In this document: one piece after another, positions 11,310-21,668 of the stretch
Layout: each line of letters begins with the position of its first letter
Numbering within the stretch: the first letter of the stretch is position 1
Source: Myxococcales bacterium
Lineage (GTDB): Bacteria > Desulfobacterota > Binatia > HRBIN30
Assembly (NCBI GenBank): GCA_037445065.1
Contig: JBBILD010000011.1
Coordinates: forward strand, 64,001-128,000
DNA: 64,000 nt
Direction of reading: 5' to 3'
Position numbers and translations under genes: made by a program
Notes under the pieces: generated by a model
Seen by the model: the letters and a program-made list of their open reading frames with translations, nothing else
Databases searched by the model: none
What the model was told of the DNA's origin: nothing

Positions 11310-11386
11310 CTTTCCACACCTGGGGAAAATTGCCCATCTCCATGTCGGAGAAGAACTTTCCCGTTTTCCACACAAACACATCCACA
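11310..11386. promoter_or_regulatory. Cluster of DnaA boxes upstream of dnaA
   Basis: TTTTCCACA (11364-11372, exact TTWTNCACA), CTTTCCACA (11310-11318), TGGGGAAAA (11321-11329, reverse, 1 mismatch), ACATCCACA (11378-11386, 2 mismatches). Confidence 0.65.
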
Positions 11387-11673
11387 GCCTGACCCAACCA
11401 CACCCACCCCTACTGCGTTCCTCTTCCTCGGGGCGGTGCGCTACCGACGTTCCGTTGGTGATCATCCTACGACCAACGATGCCGTTGACGGCAAGGGCGC
11501 CTCAAGTAGTGGGTGCTGCCAGGGGAGTCAAGAATCCGCGGGCCGCTTGCGGATGTACTTGAAGTGACGAGAAGATTTTCACGCTCAATATATCGCCTCC
11601 CGATACGCGTTTTGGAGGGCTTCGGGAGCTGCTCCGGTAAGTGTGCGTGAGACAAGAGAATTTTGCGCGCGCA

Positions 11674-12870
11674 CTAGCGAGAAGTGGCGCCGTGCGCTTC
11701 GGCGAGCGCGATGGCGCGCTGTAAGTCGCCTGCGTTCAACGCGCCACGTACGAGCCGCCCGTTGATAAATAAGGTAGGCGTGGAGTTTACGCCCAGTTCT
11801 GCGCCGAGGCGGCTGTCGTCTTGCACACGCTGGCGCACTGCCGGGTCCTCGAGGCACGACTCGAAGCGGGGTACGTCGAGGCCGAGGTCGCGCGCCAAGC
11901 GAGAAAACAAGTCCCCATGGAGCTGGCGCTGGTGGGCAAACAGAAGGTCGTGGTACTCCCAGAATTTACCTTGCTGGCCGGCGCACTCGGCTGCAACTGC
12001 TGCACGACAAGCCATGGAATGAAACGGAGACGCCACTGCGGGGTTGCATTCTGAATTCAAAGGGAAATGCCGGAAGAGCACGCGCAAGCGGCGAGGTTCA
12101 CGCCGCCAAACTTCGTCCACGACTCGGTGAAAGTTTTTGCAATGCGCGCACTCGAAGTCGGAGAACTCTACGATCACTACGGGAGCATCTGGGCGGCCTC
12201 GCTGATTGCGGCCATCTAGAGGTACTGAGACCAGCGGCTGAGAAGTGAACCAATGAGAAAAGCGGGGGTCGCTTTGCAGGCTACCAGTGGGGTTCCGGCC
12301 CCGGCTGATCTCCCACCCGAGCGCCAGTGCAAGCACACCGAGCAGGGCAACTGCGGCTGCGAGCATGCCCCGGTCGAGCCCGCGGCTCTGTGCGAGCCCA
12401 CGCTGGTAGCTGGGAATCAGGCCCCGCCGTAGCCACCCGGCGGTAAGGAAGTTGAGGACCGCGACCACGTAGAGACCTGAGCACACGAGACACACGGTGT
12501 GCAGGAACCACAGGGCAACAACCGCCATGTAAACGGAGAACGCAAGGCCGCCCGTTGTGCCGAGTAAAAACGCGTTCGCGAGTGCACGCCGCCGCGCGGC
12601 GTGCTCCGTGCGCGCAACCAGCGCCGAGAGCACCACCAGGGCCCCGTAAAACACCAGTCCGAGGAGGGAGACAGAGATCCCCCAGAAGGAAGCCCACGGG
12701 CTAGTCAACACTACGTCGCAGTTGACGCTGCTGTTGATGTTGCAGAAGCTCGTGTACGAGGCGTTGCTACTCAGTTCGCGGTGGAGTCGCTCGGCAATGC
12801 CGCTCAGCACAAACCCGCAAGCGCTAATGCCACAAGCCAGCCACGCCCTCGCGCTCGGGGAAAACCTCAT
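11674..12870 (-). CDS. Vitamin K epoxide reductase (VKOR) - DsbA/thioredoxin fusion
   Basis: VKOR: FCNINSSVNCDVVLTSPWAS, VCLVC in a TM segment. DsbA: IVEFSDFECAHC, FRHFPL, GVNSTPTLFING. Confidence 0.9.
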   Translation of the reverse strand: MRFSPSARAWLACGISACGFVLSGIAERLHRELSSNASYTSFCNINSSVNCDVVLTSPWASFWGISVSLLGLVFYGALVVLSALVARTEHAARRRALANAFLLGTTGGLAFSVYMAVVALWFLHTVCLVCSGLYVVAVLNFLTAGWLRRGLIPSYQRGLAQSRGLDRGMLAAAVALLGVLALALGWEISRGRNPTGSLQSDPRFSHWFTSQPLVSVPLDGRNQRGRPDAPVVIVEFSDFECAHCKNFHRVVDEVWRREPRRLRVLFRHFPLNSECNPAVASPFHSMACRAAVAAECAGQQGKFWEYHDLLFAHQRQLHGDLFSRLARDLGLDVPRFESCLEDPAVRQRVQDDSRLGAELGVNSTPTLFINGRLVRGALNAGDLQRAIALAEAHGATSR

Positions 12871-12939
12871 TTTGCCATCCACCGCACCTTGGTTGTCGAA
12901 AGCGAACCTTGCACTCTTTCGCGACTCTGGTCTGCCCGG

Positions 12940-13827
12940 TCAAGACTGTTCCCCGCGGCGGCGCAGGACACGCAGGTACGCCCAGCCCTTGGGGAGCCGG
13001 TATTCGATCAGGGCGAGTGCCTGCCCCTCCCGGTCGGTCAGCAGCGCGGTTTCCCCGCTGCTTGCCGAGGGCAACCGGCGTAACAGCGCTAGATCTCCCC
13101 GCTCGGCGCGGGCCAGCTCAGCTGCGCTGAGCGGGAACTTCCTCAGATGGCGCAACGCCCGCTCGATCGGCACGAAGGGCAGGGCAGGTGCGGGACCTTC
13201 CAGTGCCGACAAGGGAACTGCCTGCGCGATCGAAAATGGGCCAAACCGCGTACGGCGCAATTCGAGGAGATGCGCGACCGTGCCCAGAGCTTCTCCGATC
13301 TCTTCAGCAAGGACGCGGACATACGTGCCTTTAGAGCAAGTGACGCAGAAACGGAGAGTGTCCGCCGCTTCTACTTCCAAAGCCTCGAATGTGACGTGGA
13401 TCCAGCGCGGCTCGCGCTCGACCGTGATGCCCTTGCGGGCCAGTTTGTAAAGAGGCGTGCCTTCGCGTTTCAGCGCGGAGTACATCGGCGGTATCTGCAA
13501 CCGCCTGCCACCCAGTTGCTCCCTGACAGCTTCTAGGCGCTGGCTCAGGCCTTCGGGAACGGGCTTTTCTGCAACCACCTGACCGGTGGGGTCGCCGGTG
13601 TCTGTTTGGACCCCGAGTCGGATTCGGCCTTCGTATTGCTTGTCCGCCGCGACTAACAGGCGAGCGATCTTGGTCGCTTCACCCAGGCAGAGGGGGAGGA
13701 CACCTGAAGCGAATGGGTCGAGGGTTCCCAGGTGACCTGCTTTTGTTTTGAGCGCGCGTTTTGCCAGATCGACTACGTCAGCCGAGGTCGGCCCCGGCGG
13801 CTTGTCGATCACGAGGATGCCTTCCAT
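12940..13827 (-). CDS. truB: tRNA pseudouridine(55) synthase
   Basis: IDKPPGPTS, KAGHLGTLDPFASGVL, PPMYSALK, CSKGTYVR. Confidence 0.97.
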   Translation of the reverse strand: MEGILVIDKPPGPTSADVVDLAKRALKTKAGHLGTLDPFASGVLPLCLGEATKIARLLVAADKQYEGRIRLGVQTDTGDPTGQVVAEKPVPEGLSQRLEAVREQLGGRRLQIPPMYSALKREGTPLYKLARKGITVEREPRWIHVTFEALEVEAADTLRFCVTCSKGTYVRVLAEEIGEALGTVAHLLELRRTRFGPFSIAQAVPLSALEGPAPALPFVPIERALRHLRKFPLSAAELARAERGDLALLRRLPSASSGETALLTDREGQALALIEYRLPKGWAYLRVLRRRGEQS

Positions 13828-13842
13828 AGCAATCAGCAACGA

Positions 13843-14199
13843 TCAGAACCCGCCGGCTGGTGGCTTCCCTCCGGCCTGTCGTGGCGAAGGGTCTAGAGGT
13901 TCGAAGCTCGGATCGAGCCGGAAGTCGAGCACTGGGACCTTGCGTAAGTGCAAGGTCTGGCCGAGCTTGGTGCGCAAGAACCCACCCGCACTGCGCAATC
14001 CGCGGAGGCAGCGCTCTTGAGCCTGCGCGTCGCCGATGCAGTGAACGTAAATCTTGGCGTGCGACAGATCGGCCGACAGCCGCACGGCGGAGATCGTGAC
14101 CATCCCGATGCGCGGGTCTTTCACCTCGCGGAGAAGTAGCTCCACGATGGCTTCGCGCAGCATCTCGCCGAGGCGCAAAGTACGGCGTTCCGATGACAT
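13843..14199 (-). CDS. rbfA: 30S ribosome-binding factor A
   Basis: VKDPRIGMVTIS...SADLSHAKIYV...LRKVPVLDF; position after infB. Confidence 0.96.
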   Translation of the reverse strand: MSSERRTLRLGEMLREAIVELLLREVKDPRIGMVTISAVRLSADLSHAKIYVHCIGDAQAQERCLRGLRSAGGFLRTKLGQTLHLRKVPVLDFRLDPSFEPLDPSPRQAGGKPPAGGF

Positions 14200-14214
14200 G
14201 GGTCTACCAGAACC

Positions 14215-14502
14215 TCAAACGTGGAGGATTTCGATTTCTTCTTCACCGAGCTGCGCCAAGTGCAACTCCTCAATAAAGCGAACCACCTGCCGCAGGGCTG
14301 CATCTACGTCGCTGGCATCCGTTCCCACCCGGCTAAAGCCGAGCACGGCGCGCTGCCAGAGGTCGTGCGCGTCGCATTCTGCCACCGAAACATTGAACGT
14401 GTTGCCGACTCGAGACTTGATTTTATTCAGAATGCCCCGCTTGCCTTTGAGGCTGTGATTTTCCGGCAGGTACAGGGTCAGTTTGAGGACGCCCACCACC
14501 AT
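14215..14502 (-). CDS. DUF503 (YlxP) family protein
   Basis: HSLKGKRGILNKIKSRVGNTFNVSVAE...DLWQRAVLG; typical infB-rbfA context. Confidence 0.9.
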   Translation of the reverse strand: MVVGVLKLTLYLPENHSLKGKRGILNKIKSRVGNTFNVSVAECDAHDLWQRAVLGFSRVGTDASDVDAALRQVVRFIEELHLAQLGEEEIEILHV

Positions 14503-14556
14503 CTGTTTACGCCTCGCTGGTTGGTGACGAGAACGAGATGAACCGCGCCCGGCGGA

Positions 14557-17388
14557 TCACGCCCGGCGTTCCACCGCGGCCGCTGGGCGGGGAGAGGTTC
14601 CGAGCCGGGCGGCAACTTCCTGAATCTCGAATACTTCGATCAAGTCGCCGACTTTGATGTCTTGAAAGTTCTCCAGCCCAATTCCGCACTCGTACCCGGC
14701 GGCGACTTCGCGAACGTCTTCCTTGAAACGGCGCAAGCTGGCAATCCGGCCGGTGTAGACCACAACGTGATCGCGGATCAGCCGAGCCTGGGCGTTGCGC
14801 AAGATTTTGCCTTCCGTGACCATACAACCGGCCACCGTCCCCGCACTCGGGATCCGAAAGACTTCTCGCACTTCCGCTTGCCCGAGTCGCTTTTCGACTT
14901 TCTCCGGTTCCAGTAGCCCTTCCATGGCGTCGCGGACGTCGTTGATGACGTCGTAAATCACGTTGTACAGCCGGATCTGCACGCCTTCGCGCTCTGCCGC
15001 CTCGCTGGCCTTGCTCTCGGGGCGAACGTTGAAGCCAATGACCACCGCCTGAGATGCGGAGGCCAGCATGACGTCGGTCTCGGTAATCCCCCCGACACTC
15101 GCGTGCAGGATCTTGAGGCCGACCTCAGGCGTCGAGAGGCGCGATAAGGCTTCGCACAGCGCTTCGACCGAGCCGTGAACGTCCGCTTTCAGCACCACGG
15201 CCAACTCGCGCACTTCGCCAGCGAGGGCACGGCGGTGGATATCTTCGAGAGTGACTTTTCCACCCTTCGAGGCGAGGCTTTCTTCTCGTTGTTTCTCCCG
15301 TAGCGATTCCGCGATTTGCCGAGCACGAGCCTCGTCTTGGACTACCACAAAATAGACTCCTGCCTCTGGAACACCATCCAGCCCGAGGATCTCTACTGGG
15401 GTCGAGGGGCCGGCTTCTTTAACCCGTTCTCCCCGGTCGTTGATCATTGCCCGCACGCGGCCGTAGTACGGCCCGCAGACAAAGGTGTCGCCCACCCGCA
15501 GCGTGCCCTCTTTGACCAGCACCGTGGCAACCGGCCCGCGGCCGCGTTCCAGTTTCGCTTCCACGATCGTGCCACGCGCGGCTTTGTTGGGGTTCGCTTT
15601 CAGTTCCAAAAGCTCCGCACGGAGCAAAATCATTTCCAATAACTCTTGGATGCCCTGGCCAGTCTTGGCCGAGACAGGGACCACGCTGGTATCCCCGCCC
15701 CACTCCTCAGGAGTGAGTCCAAGGCGCCCGAGTTCGGTTTTCACCCGCTCGACGTTGGCCTCGGGCTTGTCGATTTTGGTGATGGCGACGATGATGGGCA
15801 CGTCGGCCGCGCGGGCATGGTTGATGGCTTCCTCCGTCTGCGGCATGACGCCGTCATCCGCGGCCACGACGAGAACGACCAAGTCCGTTACTTTGGCTCC
15901 CCGTGCGCGCATGGCGGTAAACGCTTCGTGTCCGGGGGTATCTAAAAAGGTGATCTTTTGCCCGCCTACGTCCACTGAGTAGGCACCGATGTGCTGCGTG
16001 ATGCCACCGGCCTCCTGGGCTGTCACGTTCGTCTTGCGAATGGCGTCGAGCAGCGAGGTTTTCCCGTGGTCAACGTGGCCCATGACCGTCACGACCGGAG
16101 GTCGCGGGAGCAGGTCCTCTGGCCGGTCTGGTTGCGAAGCAGCTTCCTTCTCGAGTTCTTGCTCAGCATCGAAGACCACGTTTTCGAGGGTGAACCCGAA
16201 CTCACTGGCGGCAATCGCAGCCGTGTCAAAGTCGAGGGTATCCGGCGCCTTTGCCGGTGCTCCTAGTTCGAGCAGCTTGGCAACGAGTTCCTGGACCCGA
16301 ATGCTCATCAGCCGTGCCAGGTCCTGCACGGTGATCGCGCCGTGGATGCGCAACACGCGGCGAGCGGCTCGGGGAACCGTAATTTCGGTCTTGCGTATTT
16401 CGGCGCCCGGGGCCGGTTTTTTCTTCTTTGGGGTCTTGAACCGCCTGCGCTCGCTTTCCGGGCCTTCGCCTAAATCCGCCTTCTCAAAAACTTGTTTTTT
16501 GGACTTCTTGCGCGGTCGCTCCCCGACCGGAGGAGGAGGTGCCAAGGGGGGGAAGGCCGGGGCACCGCCATCCCGAGCCGTGACGCGGTCCCGCGCTCCG
16601 CGTTCCCGGTTCCCGGGAGCGCCGGGCAAGTCGCGCAAATTGATTTTTCCGAGGACCTTGGGCCCGCGCCGCGGAGCCTCCTCGGACGCAATGCCCGGTC
16701 CAGCCCCTGCCCCCGGTACTGCAGCTTCGTTTGATGGCGCGACCACTTCTCCCGCTCGGACTTCGAGTCGGGATCCTGCTTCTCCAGCGAGCCGCACTCC
16801 TGCGGGGGCGGCTTGCGGTGCTGCGGGTTGTGCAGGTGCCTTGCTGGTGGCTTCCGGTTCGGCTTCTGCGCCGGACGGGCGCGCCGCTTGCTCCGGCAAA
16901 ACAGGGGGAGCGGGCTCTGGGGCGAGGGTTGGGGCCTCGATTGGTGCTTCGACAAGCACACCAGTTTCCAGTCCCGGCAAGGGCTCGAGTGCGTCCGGAA
17001 GGGGCTCCGGACCGGAGAGTGGCGAAGCCACCGGGGCGGCAATGTCACCCGATGTCGGCGGAGAAGTGAGGGCGGGACGAGCGCTACCCGTGCTGGCTGG
17101 GCTTGATGCCTGCGCGGCAGAACGGCGCACGATGACGTTTGGCCGTACCCTGCGCTCTACCCGGGTTTGGCCCGCACTGTCCGTGACCACTCGTTCGTCT
17201 CCCACGATACTCGCAGTGCGGTCCGCCTGCCCGATCCCGAGTTCTTGCGCGATCTGCGCCGCTTCCGCCTCGTTCAGGGAGCTGGCCGCTTTCTTCTCAC
17301 CAATGCCCACACGCCGAGCGGCATCGATCACTTGTTTTACATCGACGCCCCAGTCCTGGGCAAAATCCCGCACGCGTTTTCCTGCCAT
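14557..17388 (-). CDS. infB: Translation initiation factor IF-2
   Basis: [40 protein letters not shown]-terminal GYECGIG. Confidence 0.99.
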   Translation of the reverse strand: MAGKRVRDFAQDWGVDVKQVIDAARRVGIGEKKAASSLNEAEAAQIAQELGIGQADRTASIVGDERVVTDSAGQTRVERRVRPNVIVRRSAAQASSPASTGSARPALTSPPTSGDIAAPVASPLSGPEPLPDALEPLPGLETGVLVEAPIEAPTLAPEPAPPVLPEQAARPSGAEAEPEATSKAPAQPAAPQAAPAGVRLAGEAGSRLEVRAGEVVAPSNEAAVPGAGAGPGIASEEAPRRGPKVLGKINLRDLPGAPGNRERGARDRVTARDGGAPAFPPLAPPPPVGERPRKKSKKQVFEKADLGEGPESERRRFKTPKKKKPAPGAEIRKTEITVPRAARRVLRIHGAITVQDLARLMSIRVQELVAKLLELGAPAKAPDTLDFDTAAIAASEFGFTLENVVFDAEQELEKEAASQPDRPEDLLPRPPVVTVMGHVDHGKTSLLDAIRKTNVTAQEAGGITQHIGAYSVDVGGQKITFLDTPGHEAFTAMRARGAKVTDLVVLVVAADDGVMPQTEEAINHARAADVPIIVAITKIDKPEANVERVKTELGRLGLTPEEWGGDTSVVPVSAKTGQGIQELLEMILLRAELLELKANPNKAARGTIVEAKLERGRGPVATVLVKEGTLRVGDTFVCGPYYGRVRAMINDRGERVKEAGPSTPVEILGLDGVPEAGVYFVVVQDEARARQIAESLREKQREESLASKGGKVTLEDIHRRALAGEVRELAVVLKADVHGSVEALCEALSRLSTPEVGLKILHASVGGITETDVMLASASQAVVIGFNVRPESKASEAAEREGVQIRLYNVIYDVINDVRDAMEGLLEPEKVEKRLGQAEVREVFRIPSAGTVAGCMVTEGKILRNAQARLIRDHVVVYTGRIASLRRFKEDVREVAAGYECGIGLENFQDIKVGDLIEVFEIQEVAARLGTSPRPAAAVERRA

Positions 17389-17403
17389 AAGTGGATCCGT
17401 ACC

Positions 17404-17703
17404 TTAGCACATGCCTTTCGTAGCGCGATCGCTGGTCTCATAACTCAGCCGAATCTGCAACCTTTGCTCGCGGTTGAGAGCGTGGCGCAGCGAGGGAATG
17501 CGTCCCTTCCGCCGCAAAAACAGTTCCCAGCACTCCTCCCGTGGATGAATGTAAGCGCTGCGGCCCGTCGCCGCCCCAGTCTTGAGGATCGGACTTCCCT
17601 CTGCCGTGATGCCAAAGCGGATCATCTCGGCTTGCGGGCTGCGCCCGCCGCACCCTACGCACAGGCGGATCGGAATGTGTGGTGGTTTTCGAGGTGTACC
17701 CAT
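17404..17703 (-). CDS. ylxR: YlxR/DUF448 RNA-binding protein
   Basis: HIPIRLCVGCG...GRSAYIHP..EC; between nusA and infB. Confidence 0.88.
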   Translation of the reverse strand: MGTPRKPPHIPIRLCVGCGGRSPQAEMIRFGITAEGSPILKTGAATGRSAYIHPREECWELFLRRKGRIPSLRHALNREQRLQIRLSYETSDRATKGMC

Positions 17704-17715
17704 CCAATACTCGGC

Positions 17716-19080
17716 TCAGGAACTCGATGGTTCGGCAGAAGAATCGCCGGGAGCGCTACCTGCTTCGGCCTGCGACCCAGCGAGTGCGAGTGCCTCGGTC
17801 GAAGGACTCGGTTCCTCACTCGGCTGGTGTGCCTCCGCTTCCTTTTGCGCCACAAAGGCACGCGCTGCGTTGAGAATCTGGCGAGCCCGGGCGCGTCCAA
17901 TACCCTCGATCTCGGCCAAGGTTTCTTCGTCGAACTGGGCAAGTTCTTCCGGGCTCGCGATCCCTTCATCGAAGAGCCGGTCGGCGGTGGCGGCATCGAT
18001 ACCAGGGACCGCCATGAGTGCTTCGCGCGCATCTTGCGCTTCTTTTGCGGCCTCCGACTCGCTTTTGACGGTGAGGTCGTAGCCCGTGAGCTTGGCCGCA
18101 AGGCGAACGTTTTGTCCGCGACGCCCAATGGCCTGGGCAAGTTCTTCGTCCGGTACGACGATTTCCATTTTCCTTGCGTCCTCGTCCAGCACGATGCGGC
18201 TGACCTTGGCCGGGGCCAGGGCACGCCGGACGAATTCTACCGGGTGGGGATCCCAAGCGATCACGTCAATCCGTTCTCCGCGCAACTCTTGCGTAATGGA
18301 CTGCACACGGGTCCCACGCATGCCCACACACGCGCCGACCGGGTCCACGTCAGGGTCTTTGGAGGTAACGGCAACTTTTGCACGCGAGCCAGGTTCACGC
18401 GCCGCTGCTTTGATTTCCACGATTCCCTGGGACACCTCGGGCACTTCCTGTTCGAACAGTTTGATCAAAAAGCCCGGGTGCGTGCGAGAGAGGATGATTT
18501 CCGGACCTTGGCTGGCCATCTCCACACGGAGGATGTAGGCACGGATGTGATCGCCTGGCCGGTAGCGCTCGCGCGGAATCTGCTCTTCCTCGGGCAGGAT
18601 GGCCTCGGTGCGCCCGAGATTGACGACAATCTTGCGGCGGTCGGAGCGAGCAACGGTGCCAGAGTGAATTAGCTGTCCTTCCCGCGCTTTGAACTCGTTG
18701 TAAATGATTTGCTTCTCTAGGTCGCGGATGCGTTGGCCGAGCTGCTGGCGAACCATTTGCGCTGCGATGCGGGTGCGCTCCATCTCGATCCGCTCGAGCA
18801 ACTCGTCCCCGAGTTGCGCTTCCGGATCGAATTCTTCCCGCGCCTGCTGTAAGGAAATCTCTCGGTTCGGATCCTGTACTTGCTCGACCACTGTCAGCAC
18901 GCGGAATAGTTCCACTTCGCCGAGTTCGGGGTTGTATTTTGCCTCGAGCCGGTATCCTTCCGGGAGCCGTTTGCGCTCCGCCGCTAAGTAGGCCTGCTCC
19001 ACGGCTTCGATCACCAAGTCCCGAGCAATGCCCCGCTCGCGGCTTACCTGATCGATCATGCGGCTCAATTCCGTTGCCAT
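17716..19080 (-). CDS. nusA: Transcription factor NusA with C-terminal HhH repeats
   Basis: S1/KH domains: AREPGSRAKVAV, DPVGACVGMRGTRV, AIGRRGQNVRLAAKLTG. Confidence 0.98.
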   Translation of the reverse strand: MATELSRMIDQVSRERGIARDLVIEAVEQAYLAAERKRLPEGYRLEAKYNPELGEVELFRVLTVVEQVQDPNREISLQQAREEFDPEAQLGDELLERIEMERTRIAAQMVRQQLGQRIRDLEKQIIYNEFKAREGQLIHSGTVARSDRRKIVVNLGRTEAILPEEEQIPRERYRPGDHIRAYILRVEMASQGPEIILSRTHPGFLIKLFEQEVPEVSQGIVEIKAAAREPGSRAKVAVTSKDPDVDPVGACVGMRGTRVQSITQELRGERIDVIAWDPHPVEFVRRALAPAKVSRIVLDEDARKMEIVVPDEELAQAIGRRGQNVRLAAKLTGYDLTVKSESEAAKEAQDAREALMAVPGIDAATADRLFDEGIASPEELAQFDEETLAEIEGIGRARARQILNAARAFVAQKEAEAHQPSEEPSPSTEALALAGSQAEAGSAPGDSSAEPSSS

Positions 19081-19084
19081 GGCA

Positions 19085-19594
19085 TCACCTCTTTCCCTTG
19101 CCTTCGTGGGCGCGCATCCCTTCAGGCCAGGCCGGGTCGGACTCCAAGTTTGCCTGTGCGATTTGATCGAAGGGGATTTGCGTTTCGGTCTCTCCCTCCC
19201 GCACCGAGATGCTGCGCAGGTCTACGCCGGTCAGTTCCCCAGTGAAGGCTTTTCTCCCAGCGATCGGCACGCTCACTTTGACCCGTACCCGTGCCCCTAG
19301 GTAGCGGCGAAAATGCTCGGGTCGCCGTAGTCGGCGGTTGATCCCTGGGGACGACACTTCCAGCACGTACGCTCCCGGAACCACGTCGTGGACGTCGAGC
19401 AAATCGCTCAGTTGGCGGCTGATGACGGTGAGTTCGTCGAGCGTAACGCCGTGTCCCTCTCGCCGATCGACAAAAAGGCGCAGCACCATGCCGGATCGCT
19501 CGCGCCGGTACTCGATGTCAAAGATCTCGAGCCCCTCGCTCGCTGCCACAGGTTCGGCGATTTCCCACACGCGGGTTGTCACTTCTTCGTACAT
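19085..19594 (-). CDS. rimP: Ribosome maturation factor RimP
   Basis: LRLFVDR...ISRQLSDLLDV...YVLEVSSPGINRRL; start ATG at 19594. Confidence 0.96.
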   Translation of the reverse strand: MYEEVTTRVWEIAEPVAASEGLEIFDIEYRRERSGMVLRLFVDRREGHGVTLDELTVISRQLSDLLDVHDVVPGAYVLEVSSPGINRRLRRPEHFRRYLGARVRVKVSVPIAGRKAFTGELTGVDLRSISVREGETETQIPFDQIAQANLESDPAWPEGMRAHEGKGKR

Positions 19595-19610
19595 GGTCAA
19601 CTTTTCAAAC

Positions 19611-19638
19611 AAAAAAAGTGGGCATATCGGCCCACTTT
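19611..19638 (-). promoter_or_regulatory. rimP-leader type terminator-like hairpin
   Basis: AAAGTGGGC-cgatat-GCCCACTTT running into a T-tract, about 17 nt before the rimP ATG. Confidence 0.7.
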
Positions 19639-19788
19639 CTTGCGCGGCCAAATTCGTGCCGGAGTGCTTAGCACACCCCGGGCGAGCGCCGCAACGATTG
19701 CTTCGGGAAAGCACGCACCCAGTCGCGGTCGGAGGGCCGCGCCTTCTTTGTGGCTTCGAGTCCGCGGCGAAGTTCCGGTCTCTGGAAC

Positions 19789-20280
19789 TCAGGAGTTGCC
19801 GAGATCGGTGCGCTCGTGAAGGGTGGTTAGCTCCACAATCGTGTAAATCCGTAGCCCGCGCGGTGTCTGGACTTCGACCTCCTCGCCTGGAGCACGCCCC
19901 ATGAGTGCGCGACCGATCGGCGAGTGGATGGAAATTTTTCCTTGCGAGGCGTCCACTTCCTCGGGCATGACGATTTCGAACATGACGGTGTTCCCATCGT
20001 CCACGTCCCGTACCTTGATGACGCTACCATAACCCACCACGCCGCGCGGAACCGAAGACAAATCGTACAGGGAAAGTTGCCGAATCCGGGCTTCGAGTTG
20101 CGCAATCCGCGCTCGGACGTACTCCTGCCGGTGTTTGGCAGCGTCGTACTCCGCGTTTTCACTCAGATCGCCGTGGCTCGCCGCCTCTTGCAACTCTTTG
20201 GGAATCCTACGGGTCAGTTCGTATTGCAGATCGGCGAGTTCCTTTTTGAGTTTCTCGATAATCGGCAGTCCATTGGCCAT
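19789..20280 (-). CDS. greA: Transcription elongation factor GreA
   Basis: HGDLSENAEYDAAK, GKISIHSPIGRALMG. Confidence 0.95.
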   Translation of the reverse strand: MANGLPIIEKLKKELADLQYELTRRIPKELQEAASHGDLSENAEYDAAKHRQEYVRARIAQLEARIRQLSLYDLSSVPRGVVGYGSVIKVRDVDDGNTVMFEIVMPEEVDASQGKISIHSPIGRALMGRAPGEEVEVQTPRGLRIYTIVELTTLHERTDLGNS

Positions 20281-20282
20281 CG

Positions 20283-21482
20283 TTAAATCACCCCGTTTTT
20301 TTGGAGTTCCTGCAGGTCCTTGGCGCTGAGCCCAAGCCAGCTTTCATAAACTTCGCGGTTGTGCGCGCCAAGATGGGGGCCGAGCCATCGGATCGCCGCT
20401 GGAGTTCGCGAAAACTGCATGGGTGTTGCAGCCACCGGGACCTCTCCGAGCGTCTGGTGCTGGATCCACTGGATCCCACCGCGCTCGCGCAGATGCGGAT
20501 CGCGGAGCAAGTCGCTCATGGTGAGAACCGGGGCGCAGGGCAAATTGGCGCCCTCAGGCCCGAGCGTGGCGAGCACCTCTTGGACTGTGTGAGAGGCGAC
20601 CCAGTCTGCCACCACTTGGTGGACCTCGTCGTGACGTTCCAGGCGGGCTTGCGGGGTTTTGAAGCGCGGGTCGCGCCCAAGTTCTGGTCGCCCAATGGCG
20701 GTCATTAAGGCGCGGAACAGTGCGCTGTTGCCAACCGCAATGACCACCCAGCCGTCTTTGGCACGGAAGCAATCGTAAGGTGCGGTAAACGGGTGCCGGT
20801 TGCCCATCCTTTTCGGTTCTTGCCCGGTCATGCCAGTTATGGTGACCCAATTGTCGGTCATGCTGAGGATGGCCTCCATGTTCGACACGTCAACGAACTG
20901 GCCCTCCCCGGTCAGGCGGGCGGAAAACAGCGCGCAAACGACGCCAAAAGCCGCAAACAGCCCCCCGATGAAGTCTGCAAGCGCACCACCACCACGGGTC
21001 GGCGGCGCAGCGGCAAAGCCAGTCAGGCTCATCAAGCCCCCCATGGCTTGGGCGATGATGTCGTAAGAAGGTCGCTGGGCGTACGGTCCCGTTTGCCCAA
21101 AGCCAGAAAGGGCCGCGTATACGAGCTTGGGGTTTTCTTGGCGGAGCGAGTCGTAGCCGAGCCCCCAACGGCTCATCGTGCCTGGCGTGAAGTTTTCCAC
21201 CACCGCGTCCACCTTGGCAGCTAAGCGCCGCGCCAGTTCTTGCCCTTGGCTGGTACGGAGGTCCAAGGTGATGCACTTCTTGTTCCGGTTCAGCGCTAAG
21301 TGGGCGAGCGGCACTCCGTGGAGGGAGGGATAACCGTAGCGCCCGTCATCGCCGCGCCCCGGCAGTTCCACTTTGATGACTTCTGCTCCCAAATCGCCCA
21401 GCAACATGGTCGCGTAGGGGCCAGCCACCACACGGGTAAAATCCAAGATGCGAATGCCGCTCAGCGGACCGGATGGGCGCAT
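20283..21482 (-). CDS. Family III (CaiB/BaiF) CoA-transferase
   Basis: PLSGIRILDFTRVVAGP, LNRNKK, VENFTPG, catalytic Asp in LADFIGG. Confidence 0.93.
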   Translation of the reverse strand: MRPSGPLSGIRILDFTRVVAGPYATMLLGDLGAEVIKVELPGRGDDGRYGYPSLHGVPLAHLALNRNKKCITLDLRTSQGQELARRLAAKVDAVVENFTPGTMSRWGLGYDSLRQENPKLVYAALSGFGQTGPYAQRPSYDIIAQAMGGLMSLTGFAAAPPTRGGGALADFIGGLFAAFGVVCALFSARLTGEGQFVDVSNMEAILSMTDNWVTITGMTGQEPKRMGNRHPFTAPYDCFRAKDGWVVIAVGNSALFRALMTAIGRPELGRDPRFKTPQARLERHDEVHQVVADWVASHTVQEVLATLGPEGANLPCAPVLTMSDLLRDPHLRERGGIQWIQHQTLGEVPVAATPMQFSRTPAAIRWLGPHLGAHNREVYESWLGLSAKDLQELQKNGVI

Positions 21483-21485
21483 ACG

Positions 21486-21668
21486 TTATTTCTCGTCGCC
21501 CAGAAGTTGCTTTGCTTTTTCGTGCGTTTCGTCGCCCCGGTACTTGGATGCGCTGCCGGAGAGCCAGGACCAGGCCTGACTCCACGCCGTCTCGGAGTGA
21601 TGGAGATACCAGTACATGAGACCGACCCCAACGACGAAGCCCAGTAAGAAGCGCTTGAGGCTGTTCAT
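21486..21668 (-). CDS. Small single-TM hypothetical protein
   Basis: 60-aa ORF with a hydrophobic N-terminus, 3 bp before the next co-directional gene. Confidence 0.6.
   Translation of the reverse strand: MNSLKRFLLGFVVGVGLMYWYLHHSETAWSQAWSWLSGSASKYRGDETHEKAKQLLGDEK

Noticed and set aside
11642..11651. 10-mer TGTGCGTGAG shared with 34180-34189
   Set aside because: One 10-bp match between two several-hundred-bp regions is within chance expectation.
11263..11673. Calling this region oriC outright
   Set aside because: DnaA boxes are present, but there is no clear AT-rich unwinding element or DnaA-trio run, no dnaN, and no gene-strand switch. Kept only as a hypothesis.
15989..18672. 472-aa and 501-aa plus-strand ORFs
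   Set aside because: Antisense to infB, ylxR and nusA, which are unambiguous.
19640..19788. Possible tRNA (metY-like position upstream of rimP)
   Set aside because: No cloverleaf, T-loop GTTCGA in context, or CCA end recognisable.
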